A stretch of DNA of 64,000 bases from Eledone cirrhosa (Eukaryota), in the NCBI GenBank assembly GCA_964016885.1, contig OZ024740.1, forward strand, positions 143,964,001 to 144,028,000, read 5' to 3'. Made by a program: the position numbers and the translations under genes. The notes below the pieces were generated by a model. The model was not told where the DNA came from and did not search any database. It saw only the letters and a list, made by a program, of their open reading frames with translations. Shown one piece after another: positions 1-11,448 of the stretch; the first letter of the stretch is position 1, and each line of letters starts with the position of its first letter.

Positions 1-72
1 TGCCTCAAGTGGGACAATTCCCGTCTAAACCCATGCTAGCGTGGAAGATGGACGTTAAATGATGATGATGAT
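1..72 (+). mobile_element. 3' end of an RTE-clade LINE (3' UTR + (GAT)n tail)
   Basis: aaacccatgctagcgtggaag...ggacgttaaa(tga)n matches the 3' termini of the RTE copies ending at about 6573, 17626 and 30555. Confidence 0.8.
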
Positions 73-117
73 GATATATGCATGTGTATATATATATATA
101 TATATATACATATATAA

Positions 118-952
118 ATCATCATCATCATCGTTCACCGTCCATCTTCCACGCTAGCATGGGTTAGACGGTTTTGTTCCATTTGATGCGGGAATGGTCG
201 GGAGACTGTGTCTCGCTCGCACAGAAGTGTCTGGCAGGTTTTTTACAGCTGGATGCCCTTCCTAACACCAACCACGTTTACAGTGTGGACTGGGAGCCTT
301 TTCACTGGGTCTCCTACACGGCAACCTTACAGTGTGGACTGTTGTGTCATCGACACAGTGGATGGAATGGGAAAGGGAGGATGGGGTAGGATGTACATTG
401 GGTTAAGAGGTGCCTACTGACTGTAGGTTAGTATGCAATGGCAGTCGGGTCTTCTGTACAACTGTATGGCGCCAAAAGTCTCGATCCAGTGTCATTGTCT
501 TAGAGAGGTACAAGTAAGAAAGGTCAGTTTTTATCACCTCATCCATGATTTTTCTTGGTCTACCCACGCCGTAGTTTCCATCAACTTTCATTGCCCTGCA
601 CTTTTTTAAACAGCTGTCGTCCTTCATACGCATCACATGTCCATACCAATGCAATCTCCTCTCCAGAACACAACATTTGATACCCCATATGCTTAGTCTC
701 TCTCTTAATTCATTTACACTTCGCCTTTCGCACACATTACTATTACACATCCATCGGAGCATGCATGCTTCATTTCTTTCTAATCCACACAGGTCTTCAG
801 CACACAACGCCCAAATCTGACAACCATGTAATATCGCCATTCGTATACATGTATCAACCAATCTGCCTTTAACTTTTAGAGAAAAACCCCTTGTGACCAA
901 CAGCGGTATAAGCTCTCTGAACTTTTTCTATCCCGCTCTAACTCTGGCTACT
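118..952 (-). mobile_element. 5'-truncated, degenerate RTE LINE (RT C-terminus, 3' UTR, (GAT)n tail)
   Basis: ORF 403-900 (-) LRWMCNSN...[13 protein letters not shown]...GRPRK is homologous to the C-terminus of the 1039-aa ORF. Tail (atc)n at 118-132; flanked by microsatellites. Confidence 0.9.
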
Positions 953-1218
953 GCGCGCGCGCGTGCGTGTGTGTGTGTGTTTATACAAATATATACATAT
1001 ATATATATGCATATATATACATATATGCATATATATACATATATGCATATATATACACAAATATACACATATATATACATATATATACATACATATATAT
1101 ACACAAATATACATACATATATATACATATACATACATATATATACATATACATACATATATATACATATACATACATATATATACATATACATACATAT
1201 ATATACATATACATACAT

Positions 1219-1817
1219 ATGGTGGCTGCCAACTCGTTTTCGAGTATGGCCACTACTTTATATCCATGTAGGAGAACCCCTACCGATGCGCTGAACGAGT
1301 GTGACTTTTGAGTCCATCCAGCGACTTGAAAACTCTGGTACAAACACTACACTTGTGACAATTATTGACACATAGTGCTGGGCCCATGGTACCATGTGAC
1401 AAGTGCAGAGAGATCTCCAGATATAAAGCAATGCCTGTGCCATGAAGCTTTTATAGTGAGCAAAGGCATTGCACAGAGCCAGTCCCACTCTCTTAACCAA
1501 GATGATATTTACCAAAAAGTAAAACAAGTCAACATCATTGGATACCATCAGGGTTGCAGGTGTTATATCAGAGTTTTCCTTCTCCTAGAATTCTGCCTTG
1601 ACAAAGGCTAATGGGTCATCTCTCCCGGTGATTTTGGATGGCCATTGACTCTTAAGAGCTCCTTTGCCAGGTTTTGTTTTTAGTCATGCAGGATGTCCAA
1701 AGTCACCCTCCTCACCAAGAAACCTTGGTGGGGTTGCCAGTTTAGTCGCCAACGACCCGACCATGAAACAGGTTGTACTGGGATACATGTTACCAGTAGC
1801 ACCAACTGGTGACCTGA
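1219..1817 (-). mobile_element. Non-autonomous RTE-5'UTR-derived SINE-like element, copy 1
   Basis: Near-identical to 33150-33705 with the same left boundary (atggtggctgccaac) and different right ends, i.e. a fixed 3' end and variable 5' truncation on the - strand. The minus strand carries ggcgactaaa and ctaggagaaggaaaactctga, motifs I recognise from RTE 5' UTRs. No credible ORF. Confidence 0.6.
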
Positions 1818-2330
1818 CATACATACATATACATACATATATATACATATACATACATATACATACATATACATACATACATATACATACATACATATAC
1901 ATACATACATATACATACATATATACATATATATACATACATATATATACATATATATATACATATATATATATGTGTGTGTGTGTGTGTATATATATAT
2001 ATACATGTATATGTGTTACGTAATTCCAAAGAAAAAAAAGCAAAGGAAGATGTGTGTGAATATATATATATATATGTGTGTGTATATATATATATATATA
2101 CATATGTGTTTGCATAGCTACGGCTTCCTAAAAGCGTGTTTCTTTAGACATACAATATTTCTATATATATTTGCATAAAGCTATGCTTGAAGCGAAATAC
2201 TATTCTATTATAAGTTGAGCCAACTTATGCAGCTTCATATGCAAATGAGATTAATCACCTCATTTACACAGACGAGAAAACTATATATTCTCGACTCTTT
2301 TCAAGTGCAGCAGTAGCAAGCGGTGTGCGG

Positions 2331-2376
2331 GACCGTCCTAATGAAGGCCAGTCAAGCCTGAAATGCATAGACGGTT
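2331..2376 (+). ncRNA. Type I minimal hammerhead ribozyme with G5A core substitution (probably inactive)
   Basis: GACCGUC-CUAAUGA-AGGC(cagucaa)GCCU-GAAA-UGCA-UA-GACGGUU: stems I and II pair, stem III AUGCAU is palindromic, core is CUAAUGA instead of CUGAUGA. Confidence 0.75.
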
Positions 2377-3528
2377 AATAATAATAATAATAATGAAATT
2401 ATTGTGTACAGTGCTCAGGTGCACTACAACTCGTCAAAGGTGCATGTATAGTACATAGAATAATACAAAAATGTCAGGGAAGTGAATAGTGTATGAGTCA
2501 TGATATACATGTGTGTATGTGTATGGAGGGGGAACATTAGGTGTAGTGTTGGCGAATCTTGGGAAGCATGGAGGCCTTAAAGGATGCAATGTCTCGACAG
2601 CTAACAACCGATGCAGGTAGTTTGTTCCATGCTTCAGCAACTCTGAACGTGAAAAAATGTTTCTGAAAGTCATTGGAACTGTGCTGTTTTCTGACTTTGT
2701 GGGCATGCCCATGTGTGTTAGACACATGGAAATCAAAAAGGTGCTCAGAGTTGTTGTTGGCAAGATGGTTAACAATTTTGTGGGTGTTTACCAAGTCAGT
2801 TGCCAGGCGTCGGAGCTTCAATGTATCCATGCCCAGGGAAGCAAGGTGCTCAGAGTATGGTAGATGCCTGATGGAGGGTTTTCGCTTGGTTGCACATCTC
2901 TGAACAGTTTCCAGGCGGTCAATGTTCTGAGCAAGATAGGGGTTCCAGACTGGTGATGCAAATTCTAAGTGTGGCCACACCACAGCCATGTACAGCCTTA
3001 AATAGATAGCTGGAGAGTGGCTGATAAAGGTCTTGCTGAGTGATGCTAAGACAGCCTCGGCCCTCTTGACAATTTTAGAGACGTGCTTCGTCCAACGCAA
3101 ATCGCTGCTGACCGCAATGCCCAGGTCACGTTCACAAGAAGACTTCTTCATATTAGAGCTGTGGAGGGAGTATGTGGACGCTGGGTTTTTACTCCCAAAA
3201 TGCATGGTGGTGCACTTGTCCACAGCTAGCTTGAGTTGCCAGTCTGAGATCCATTGTTGCATTGTGTCCAGGTCAGACTGCAAGCAAGATCTATAGTGTT
3301 CAGGATCTGTCCTTTTTATCTCAAGGTACAGCTTGATGTCATCTGCGTACTTTAGTACTGTGGCATTCTTTAAGTTGGCATCTATGTCATTAATATATGC
3401 CACAAACAAAAGGGGGCCAAGAACAGATCCTTGTGGTACACCAGATGACATCTCATATGGTGAGGAATGCTGTCCCAGAACCGTGACCACCTCTCTTCGA
3501 CTGAGAACGAAGGACTTCAATCGTCGTG
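2377..3528 (-). mobile_element. 5'-truncated CR1/L2/Jockey-group LINE (RT C-terminal half, (ATT)n tail)
   Basis: ORF 2537-3520 (-): SGVPQGSVLGPLLFVAYINDI, KYADDIKL, ERDLGI, HLEFASPVWNPY, FFTFRVAEAWNKLP. (aat)n tail at 2377-2394; possible aat duplication at 3529-3531. Confidence 0.9.
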
Positions 3529-3673
3529 GCGGTGGTGTAATGGTCTACATTTGTTCCCCTTTGCTTCTGCTGGACACCACCAGAGGGCTTTAGCCCCAGT
3601 GTTTACATAGCTACAGCTTCCTAAAACAGTGTTTATTTAGAAATATGTGTGTGTGTGTGTGTGTATATATATA

Positions 3674-3726
<53 letters not shown>

Positions 3727-3811
3727 ATATGTATAACAAAGGAAATGTATATATATATATGTATGTATATATATAGAGATATATATATGTGTATATATAT
3801 ATATATATATA

Positions 3812-3901
3812 TGGACATGGCAGCGATAATGACGGACAGAGACTGCTGGAGAGAACTCGTCCATGGATCTCGGGAATTTTACCTGCCTTAGATAGATAGA
3901 T
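3812..3901 (+). mobile_element. Short 3' fragment of RTE family C with (GATA)n tail
   Basis: Encodes [25 protein letters not shown], nearly identical to the end of the 32028-33113 frame, followed by tagatagataga. Confidence 0.85.
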
Positions 3902-3928
3902 ATATATATATGTGGGTGTATATATATA

Positions 3929-4116
3929 TATATAAGATCAAAAGATGGTTAAAAGAGTTCCATGTATTTTATTATGCGCATAATAAAATACATGGAACTC
4001 TTTTAACCATCTTTTGATCTTATATATTATGTATACTCCAGTCCTACAAACTGTAGAGTGCTTCTTATCCGATATCTGCATTGCTTTATTGTACTACAAT
4101 AAAACCCACCTCCTAC

Positions 4117-4118
<2 letters not shown>
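3929..4118 (+). mobile_element. PLE family B terminal fragment forming a perfect fold-back palindrome plus tail
   Basis: 3929-4026 is a perfect palindrome centred on TGC|GCA (3977/3978). 3974-4118 matches 7758-7902. Confidence 0.85.
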
Positions 4119-4164
<46 letters not shown>

Positions 4165-6573
4165 CAAGCATGTTCTACAACGTGAGGACCAAAAACGTGA
4201 GGTGTTCAGGATTGCTAGGCAATGTGTCAAGGAAAACCGTGATATTGTCGGGGAGAAGTGTGTACTTAACGATGATGGCACACTTGCCATCACCGACGCT
4301 GATAAGAAGGTAGCTTGGAAGTGTCACTACGAAAGGCTTCTAAATGAGGAGAATAAATGGGAGAAAGACAGTCTCCCCCACATCGACCCAATAGAGGGAC
4401 CAGCAGTGTTAGTCGAGGGTAGTACAATAAGTAAGGCAATCAAAGATATGAAGACGGGTAAGGCGGCTGGGCCTTCGGAAATAGTTGCTGAGATGCTGAA
4501 GGCATCTGGTTCGGTGGGACACACCATGGTCACCCGGATAGTTAACCAAGTCGTACAGAATGGGGTTGTTCCGAAGGACTGGCGTAGCAGCATCATCGTT
4601 AACTGCTATAAGGGAAAAGGAGATGCCCTAGATAGGAGTAACTATAGAGGCATTAAATTAATCGACCAGGTCATGAAGGTCACGGAAAAAGTAATAACGC
4701 AACTAATCAGAGAGAGAATTGATCTAGATGAAATGCAGTTTGGGTTTGTGTCAGGCAAAAGTACCACAGACGCTCTTTTCATTGTACGACAACTACAGGA
4801 GAAGTACCTAGCTAAAAGTAAACACCTATACTTAGCTTTTGTCGACTTGGAGAAAGCCTTCGACAGAGTCCCCCGTTCCATTATCTGGTGGGCTCTTAGA
4901 AAACTAGGCGTTGACGAATGGCTTGTGAGAGCTATACAAGCCATGTATAAAGAAATAGTCAGTAAGGTTAGAATTAACAACGAATATAGTGAAGAGTTTA
5001 GCGTAAAAGTTGGTGTCCATCAGGGCTCTGTTCTTAGCCCCCTACTATTTATTATTGCCCTTCAGGCTATAACAGAGGAGTTCAAGACCGGCTGCCCATG
5101 GGAACTCCTATACGCAAATGATCTAACGCTCATAGCTGAATCAATGACCGAACTAGAGAAGAAATTCCAAACATGGAAGCACGGCCTAGAATAAAAAGGC
5201 CTTAAAATTAACCTGGCTAAGACTAAAGTTCTAGTTTGTAGGAAAGAAAATAAGGCGGCGGTCCCTTCCAGGAAATGGCCATGCTCAGTGTGTAGGAAAG
5301 GCGTAGGTAGAAACTCCATTTTATGTCCCCAATGCAAAGTATGGGTGCATAAAAGATGTAGTGGGATCACAGGTAAGCTAACTAAGAACATAGATTTTAC
5401 ATGTGGCCGGTGCTCTGGTGCAATAAGTAGCAGCAAGTGCCCACTAAATACTAGCTCTTTCAATTGCGCAGAGGGTTCTATAGAAATAATGGACAGCTTC
5501 CGTTACCTGGGTGACAAAATCAGCAGTGGGGGAGGGTGCTCTGAAAGTACAGTAGCTAGAGTCAGAACTGGATGGAAAAAGTTCAGAGAGCTTATACCAC
5601 TATTAGCCGCTAGAGGGTTCTCCCTAAAAATGAAAGGCAGGTTATACGATGCCTGCATACAAACAGCAATGCTGCATGGCAGTGAGACCTGGGCATTGTG
5701 TGCAGAGGATATACGCAGACTAGAGAGGAACGAAGCTTGCATGCTCCGCTGGATGTGCAATAGTAATATACGTGAACGGCAAAGCATAAACGAACTAAGG
5801 AAAAAATTAGAAATAAGAGGGATCAGATGTTGTTTACTCGAGAGAAGGCTACGTTGGTACGGTCATGTGATGCGCATGAAAGTCGATAGCTGTATAACAA
5901 AGTGCAGGGCAATAAAGATAGACGGTAGCCACGGAGTAGGCAGACCCAGAAAAACCTGGGACGACATGATAAATTCCGACCTCACACGCTTACACCTCTC
6001 CAAGACAATGTCACTGGACCGAGACCTTTGGCGGTACTCAGTAATAGAATAGACCCGCCTTACCTAAATACAAAGTAAAAACCTACTACAGTCAGTAGGC
6101 ATCTCTATCAAAACACACCCCCCGTCCCACCACCTCCACCCCATCCACACCGCCCCTTTCAATGTAAAGTTATGTTGGTCCCACAACATCCAGGCTGAAA
6201 CAAATGAGATCGTGTAGGTGTCACGACAAAACACACACAGTCCACGCTGTAAATGTGGCCGTGTAGGCAACACGGTAAAAACCTCCCAGCCCCACACTGT
6301 AAATGTGGTTGGTGTTAGGAAGGGCATCCAGCTGTAGAAAACCCGCCAGACAGTCCACGCTGTAATGTGGCCGTGTAGGCAACACGGTAAAAACCTCCCA
6401 GCCCCACACTGTAAATGTGGTTGGTGTTAGGAAGGGCATCCAGCTGTAGAAAACCCGCCAGACAGTCCTATGCGAGCAAGACAACCACTCTTGCCTCAAG
6501 TGGGAAAACCCCCGTCCAAACCCATGCAAGCGTGGAACACGGACGCTAAACCTGATGATGATGATGATGATGA
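4165..6573 (+). mobile_element. 5'-truncated RTE LINE family B (RT pseudogene)
   Basis: ORFs 4202-5194 and 5288-6052 are split by a premature TAA. The catalytic motif reads YAND instead of YADD. About 113-bp tandem duplication in the 3' UTR (6238-6468); (GAT)n tail. Confidence 0.93.
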
Positions 6574-6574
6574 T

Positions 6575-7902
6575 ATATAAGAACAAAAGATGGTTAAAAG
6601 AGTTCCATATATTTTATTATGCGCATTTCAAAAACAAATATCATCATGCAATAATATTTGTGTTTTCATCAGATATCTATCCAAAATTTGCAATCTCTGT
6701 CTAAATGAAAAATTTACCATTATCTCTAATTTAGATTCTATAATAAATAGACGCACTGACTTGTTTTCTATCTGCTTGCATAAATTCCATAAAACATTTC
6801 ACAAAGTATACAGCTAAGATTCAATTCTTTATCAATTTAGAATCTTTTTCTCAAAGGCACATATATATATATATATATACACTTCTTTTAAAAATATACC
6901 CATCTTTCTACCTTATTTCAAAGGTTATTATACATTCTATAATACTTGTTACTCATTCTACATCACCTCTATTTATCACTTCCCTTTCTTCTCTTCTTCT
7001 TTTAATGTCTAACCCCTAATCTGTACCTTTTCTCACTCTTGCCTAACATAGAATCAATTATTACATAATACAATACACTCTTACTCTATATCACCTTGTA
7101 AAAATCCTTCGTAAACATATACACATTTTTTTTGACGTTAGATTATTCATCCTCAATTCATTATTCTTTTCTCCCTTTCATCTAACTCATTCATGCTCAT
7201 CTCAATATTTCCTTACTTAAATAACCTGTTATTCCTTTTAATGATACATATCAACATTTTCTTAACATCGCACATATTATTAAACCTTAAATATTATTAT
7301 TCTCAATACATATTAACATTTTCTTTTTCATCGCACATATCAAACCCCTCAATATACAAACCTGAACTTTACATTATTTTTCTCTTCGTTAATTTTCAAA
7401 TTCTTTTAATTTATACATTATCTTCCAATGGTTTTCAACCTCTCTATGTAAAACAATATATCTTTCTCAGTTATAAAAGCTATCTCTCTCTCTCTATCAC
7501 CCATCTCTCCTCCTATCTCATCCTTCCTCATTATACTCCTCCCTCTCCACTTTTTACTCTCATCTCCTCCTCTTTTTCATCCCCCCCCCCTCTAAATAAA
7601 ATATTTTTCCCAATATCACACATCAATCTAAAACTACTTTTCATATGTTGATTTAAAACTGAACTACCCACAAGTGTTTTTTAACCTTCATATCATGTCT
7701 TCCTGTTTTATCTGATGAAAACACAAATATTATTGCATGATGATATTTGTTTTTGAAATGCGCATAATAAAATACATGGAACTCTTTTAACTATCTTTTG
7801 TTCTTATATATTATGTATACTCCAGTCCTACAAACTGTAGAGTGCTTCTTATCCGATATCTGCATTGCTTTATTGTACTACAATAAAACTCACCTCCTAC
7901 AT
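6575..7902 (+). mobile_element. 5'-truncated PLE family B: inverted terminal arm, GIY-YIG C-terminus, long CT-rich 3' UTR, HHR
   Basis: 6575-6675 is the reverse complement of about 7709-7809. 6676-6817 encodes SKICNLCLNEKFTI...INRRTDLFSICLH, a PLE endonuclease C-terminal motif. Confidence 0.85.
7706..7772 (+). ncRNA. Type I hammerhead ribozyme (PLE family B)
   Basis: UUUUAU-CUGAUGA-long stem II (ACAAAUAU...AUAUUUGU)-GAAA-UGCGCA-UA-AUAAAA; palindromic stem III AUGCGCAU. A partial inverted copy lies at 6612-6675. Confidence 0.85.
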
Positions 7903-7934
<32 letters not shown>

Positions 7935-7957
<23 letters not shown>

Positions 7958-9276
7958 CGTTTCTGAATTTGTTTAGCAAGATTCTTTATCTGAAATCGTG
8001 TGTTGAAACCGATATTGTTATACTTTGGGAGGGTCATGTTGCCAATAAGAAACACACGCACCAGTTGCTTTCACTTCAATTTATTATAATAAATTTATAA
8101 ATTTCTGGTTGGTTGGTTGGTTCCACAACCAGATAGTTGTTTATATATTGTCAAAGTTCTTTCGTCACACATTCTGTGACCTCTTCAGTGACTGGGGATT
8201 CTTTTCTTTGTTTTTGTGCCTCTCCTTTGTTCTGTCCTACGCCATTTTGTTTCTGTGTGTGTGTTGTGTGCTCAGTCTGCGCATGCGCCACATCCGGGTG
8301 TCTGTGTGTGTTTATATTCGTTTATTTATTTATTTGTTTATTTACATGTTACCGGTTGGTTGTTTGTTCTATGTGCGTGTGTGTTTTCATTTTGTCCTTA
8401 ATTGTAAGTTGTGATGTTGCTGTTCCACTCATATTTTCTATTTAATTTTGGTTGTAATTCTTTTATGTTTATTGCCTCTGTGATTTGTCTAAACATTGCG
8501 TCTTTTCTGTGTGTAGATTCTATTTTTATTTCTATGTTCTCTAATTTACCCTTATGTTCTATTTTAGCATGTTGGTAGAGTACAGATGATTCTTTACTAT
8601 CTTGAAGGTCTCGCCAGTGTTCATTTATCCGTTCCCCTACACTACGATGCGTTTCACCTATGTACACTATATTTTTGTCTCTACATTGTCCTTCAGTACA
8701 TCTTATGCTATACACTACATTTCTAGTTTTACAGCTAATATGGGGGCTTATTTTACAGGTTATACATTTCTTATCTATACAGGGGGGGGGGGGGTCTTTG
8801 AAAAGGGTATGTCTTGCTAATAAGTGTTTTTACAGAAGTACCTGGTCTTTCTACTATCTTAATATTGAGTTTATGTTTATCTAGGGCCCTTCTAAATTTG
8901 TAAGCTAATTCACCTCTAGGGGTTGTATCGATAAACATTACATTCTGGTATTTATTGCTATCATACCATGAGTTTATTCTATTAGCCTTATTCCTAGTTC
9001 TTTCTATTCTATTCCAAAATTTGCTCCTATACAAGGGGCAGGTCCCATTTGTGTCATTATTTGCCATTTTTTCCCATTTGGTTCTGGCTCCTCTATACAC
9101 TCTGATTTTATCTCTCTGATTGTAACCAGAGAACTGCATACGGTGGATGAAGTGTTGTATGTGTCTCTCTAGTTCTTCGGGGTTGCACATGCGGGACACG
9201 TTTCTCATCACCCGTACCAAATCCGCAATCAGTATGTTGATTTTGGTATGGTCCGAAACAGCCGAGTTTCGGTGGA
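7935..9276 (-). mobile_element. 5'-truncated PLE family A (RT thumb, GIY-YIG, terminal repeat)
   Basis: ORFs 8771-9220 and 8398-8715 (-), frameshifted at a G-run, match the 403-aa ORF at 19136 (VYSIRC...VYIGET..SVGERINEH). The 3' region matches 20348-20935. Confidence 0.9.
8150..8193 (-). ncRNA. Minimal type I hammerhead (PLE family A)
   Basis: Minus strand: AGUCA-CUGAAGA-G-GUCAC(agaaugu)GUGAC-GAAA-GAAC-UU-UGAC. Confidence 0.75.
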
Positions 9277-11435
9277 GCAGATAAAACTAAATCAGGATAC
9301 TGTAGAGAATACCAATTCTTTAGAAATCATCAGGAATCTGGGTATCCAAAAATAAAAGTGGTATATATGTCTTTTCAAGTGGTAGGAGAGGGTGGGGAGT
9401 GGGATGGGTAGAGGTCATTGGTTGATAGAAAAGGGAATTCATTAAAAGCTAATTCTTTAAAGCTATATAAGGCACCACCGACCAACAGCCTACTTGAACC
9501 ATTTGAAGAAGACCTCTTCAAGATGATCAAAGATATCAAATTCCGTAGAGCCACCACACCATTCCAGGCCTACTTACTACTGAATTGCGGAATATAAAAA
9601 AATCCCCTAATCTTCATGTCTCCTCCGATAAAACCCAAAACGTTTATGAGGTAGACCCACAGACCTACAATAAGCTGGCAAAAAATGCCATCACGACCAC
9701 CTACAAAAAGTTAATAGAGATGGCATTGACTGAGACAAACGCGGCCGGAAAAGAAATCGCCAAGTCCCTTAAATTACATGACCGAACCGAACCTTTTAGG
9801 GTAAAAACCCCGCACTTTACCCTGAAGGACCATAAGGGAAACTTCCTCAACCAACCACCAGTCAGACTTATCAACCCCACTCGTTCAGACATCAGCTCTG
9901 TCAGTAAGAAGATCCTAGATAGAGTTCTACCATCATTGCGGGTTGCCTCACCACTCCCACTCTGGAGCAGAACATCTGAGGCAATTTCCTGGTTCCAAGA
10001 TTTACCCGACAAACGCCACACTCGCTTCCTGCAACTCGACATAGAAAACTACTATGCTTCTATCTCGGAGCCCCTCCTGAAGGACGCAATTACCTTTGCC
10101 AGGAACTTTACCACTATTACCGATGCTGAGCAAGTTATTATCCTCCACGCCCGTAAGACCTTTCTATACCACGATGGATCTTACTGGATCAACAAGAAGT
10201 CTCAGACCCCATTTGACGTCAGCATGGGAGCGAGTGACTTGGCTGAAATTAGCGACCTTGTGGGCTTGTACATTTTACATCACCTGAAGAACCTCTTTAC
10301 TGGCCTAACTGGAGGTTTATACCGAGACGACGGCCTCTTCGCCCTGCACAAGGTTAACCCCAGAACCACCGATGGGTTTCGGAGAAACTTAAGCTCGTTC
10401 TTCTCTAATCTAGGATTTAGTATAACTATAGATTCTAATATGACTAGGGCTAACTTCTTAGATGTCACTCTCGACCTAGATACTTCCCTCTATTACCCGT
10501 ACCACAAACCTAACGAGTCCCTTAAAACATCACTGATAACTTAGTAAAAAGCGTCTCTATTAGAATCTCTGGCCTCTCTGCCAATGAAGATATTTTTAAC
10601 GCCTCTGCTTCCTACTACAATGACGCCCTCGCCCGCAGCGGATTTAAAGAAGAGATAACCTACCTAGAAACCACCGTAAGACTGCAGAGGAGGAATAGGC
10701 ATAGGCAGATTAGCTGGTACAACCCTCCCTTCAATAGAGAGGTCTCTACACCGATAGCTAGGATTTTCTTCACTTTGCTGAAAACACACTTCCCATACAA
10801 CATAGGTACTACACCATCGTTAATAAGAACACAATAAGACTCTCCTACTCCACCACACCTAACCTAGCTAGGAATATAGCCAACCACAATTCTAAAAAAA
10901 TAAATAAGCCAACCACCTCCGAACCCAATCCCCGGACTGGGGCCTTGTGTAATTGCCTAAATAAGGAAGGCTGCTCACTTGAAAACAAATGCCTGACAAA
11001 TGATATCGTATACAAATGCGATGTCATCTCAGGCACCGATGATTGCAACAAAAAGACTTACATCGGCATGACTTCCAATAACTTTAAGACCCGTTGGTAT
11101 GCCCATACCCACTCCTTCAGAAGACAGGACAAATCAAACCAGACAACATTCGCCTCCTATGTTTGGGACCTCAAAAGGAACTCCGCCCCCTTCACGCTTA
11201 AATGGAAAATACTCCAGAAAGCACGCTCTTACAACGGAGGACACAAGGGCTGCGACCTTTGTATCTCAGAGAACTACTAAATTTTATTCGCCAAGGGCCC
11301 GCTACTGAACAAACTCCCTGAATACTGCCCGAATTGCATGCACAAGAACTTTGCAACTTTCAAATACCTTAAACCAGTGTTAATGTCCAATGTCTAAAAA
11401 CGACTTCCCCCTTTTAGCCCTTCTACCTCCTTCCC
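9277..11435 (+). mobile_element. Degenerate PLE family C (RT + GIY-YIG; resembles Naiad/Chlamys-type PLEs)
   Basis: ORF 9585-10544: PVRLINP, FLQLDIENYYASI, FDVSMGA, GLYRDDGL, NFLDVTLDL. Frameshifted linker WYNPPFN...LSYSTTPN. ORF 10945-11280: CNCLNKEGCSLENKC, VYKC, YIGMT..FKTRW..H, CDLC. Confidence 0.88.
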
Positions 11436-11448
11436 ATATATATATATA

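Larger units (their letters stand above)
2105..3645 (+). mobile_element. Retrozyme-like HHR element (about 340-bp unit plus about 45-bp terminal redundancy), interrupted by a LINE
   Basis: gtgttt(g/a)catagctac(g/a)gcttcctaaaa occurs at about 2106 and again at about 3599. Octamer hairpin 2237-2268, TATA hairpin 2273-2293, HHR 2331-2376. Flanked by TA/TG tracts. Confidence 0.65.

Noticed and set aside
1280-1345. Possible hammerhead (ctgaacga...gaaa)
   Set aside because: Core spacing is not CUGANGA and stems I and II do not pair convincingly.
1695-1815. Twister or HDV-like ribozyme on the minus strand
   Set aside because: Partial motifs (UCCCAG loop, GAGGG, CUAA) could not be assembled into the full pseudoknot by eye.
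9585-11280. Selenocysteine (in-frame TGA) recoding in the Naiad-like PLE
   Set aside because: Conserved Cys positions inspected use TGT/TGC; the breaks are frameshifts or TAA stops.
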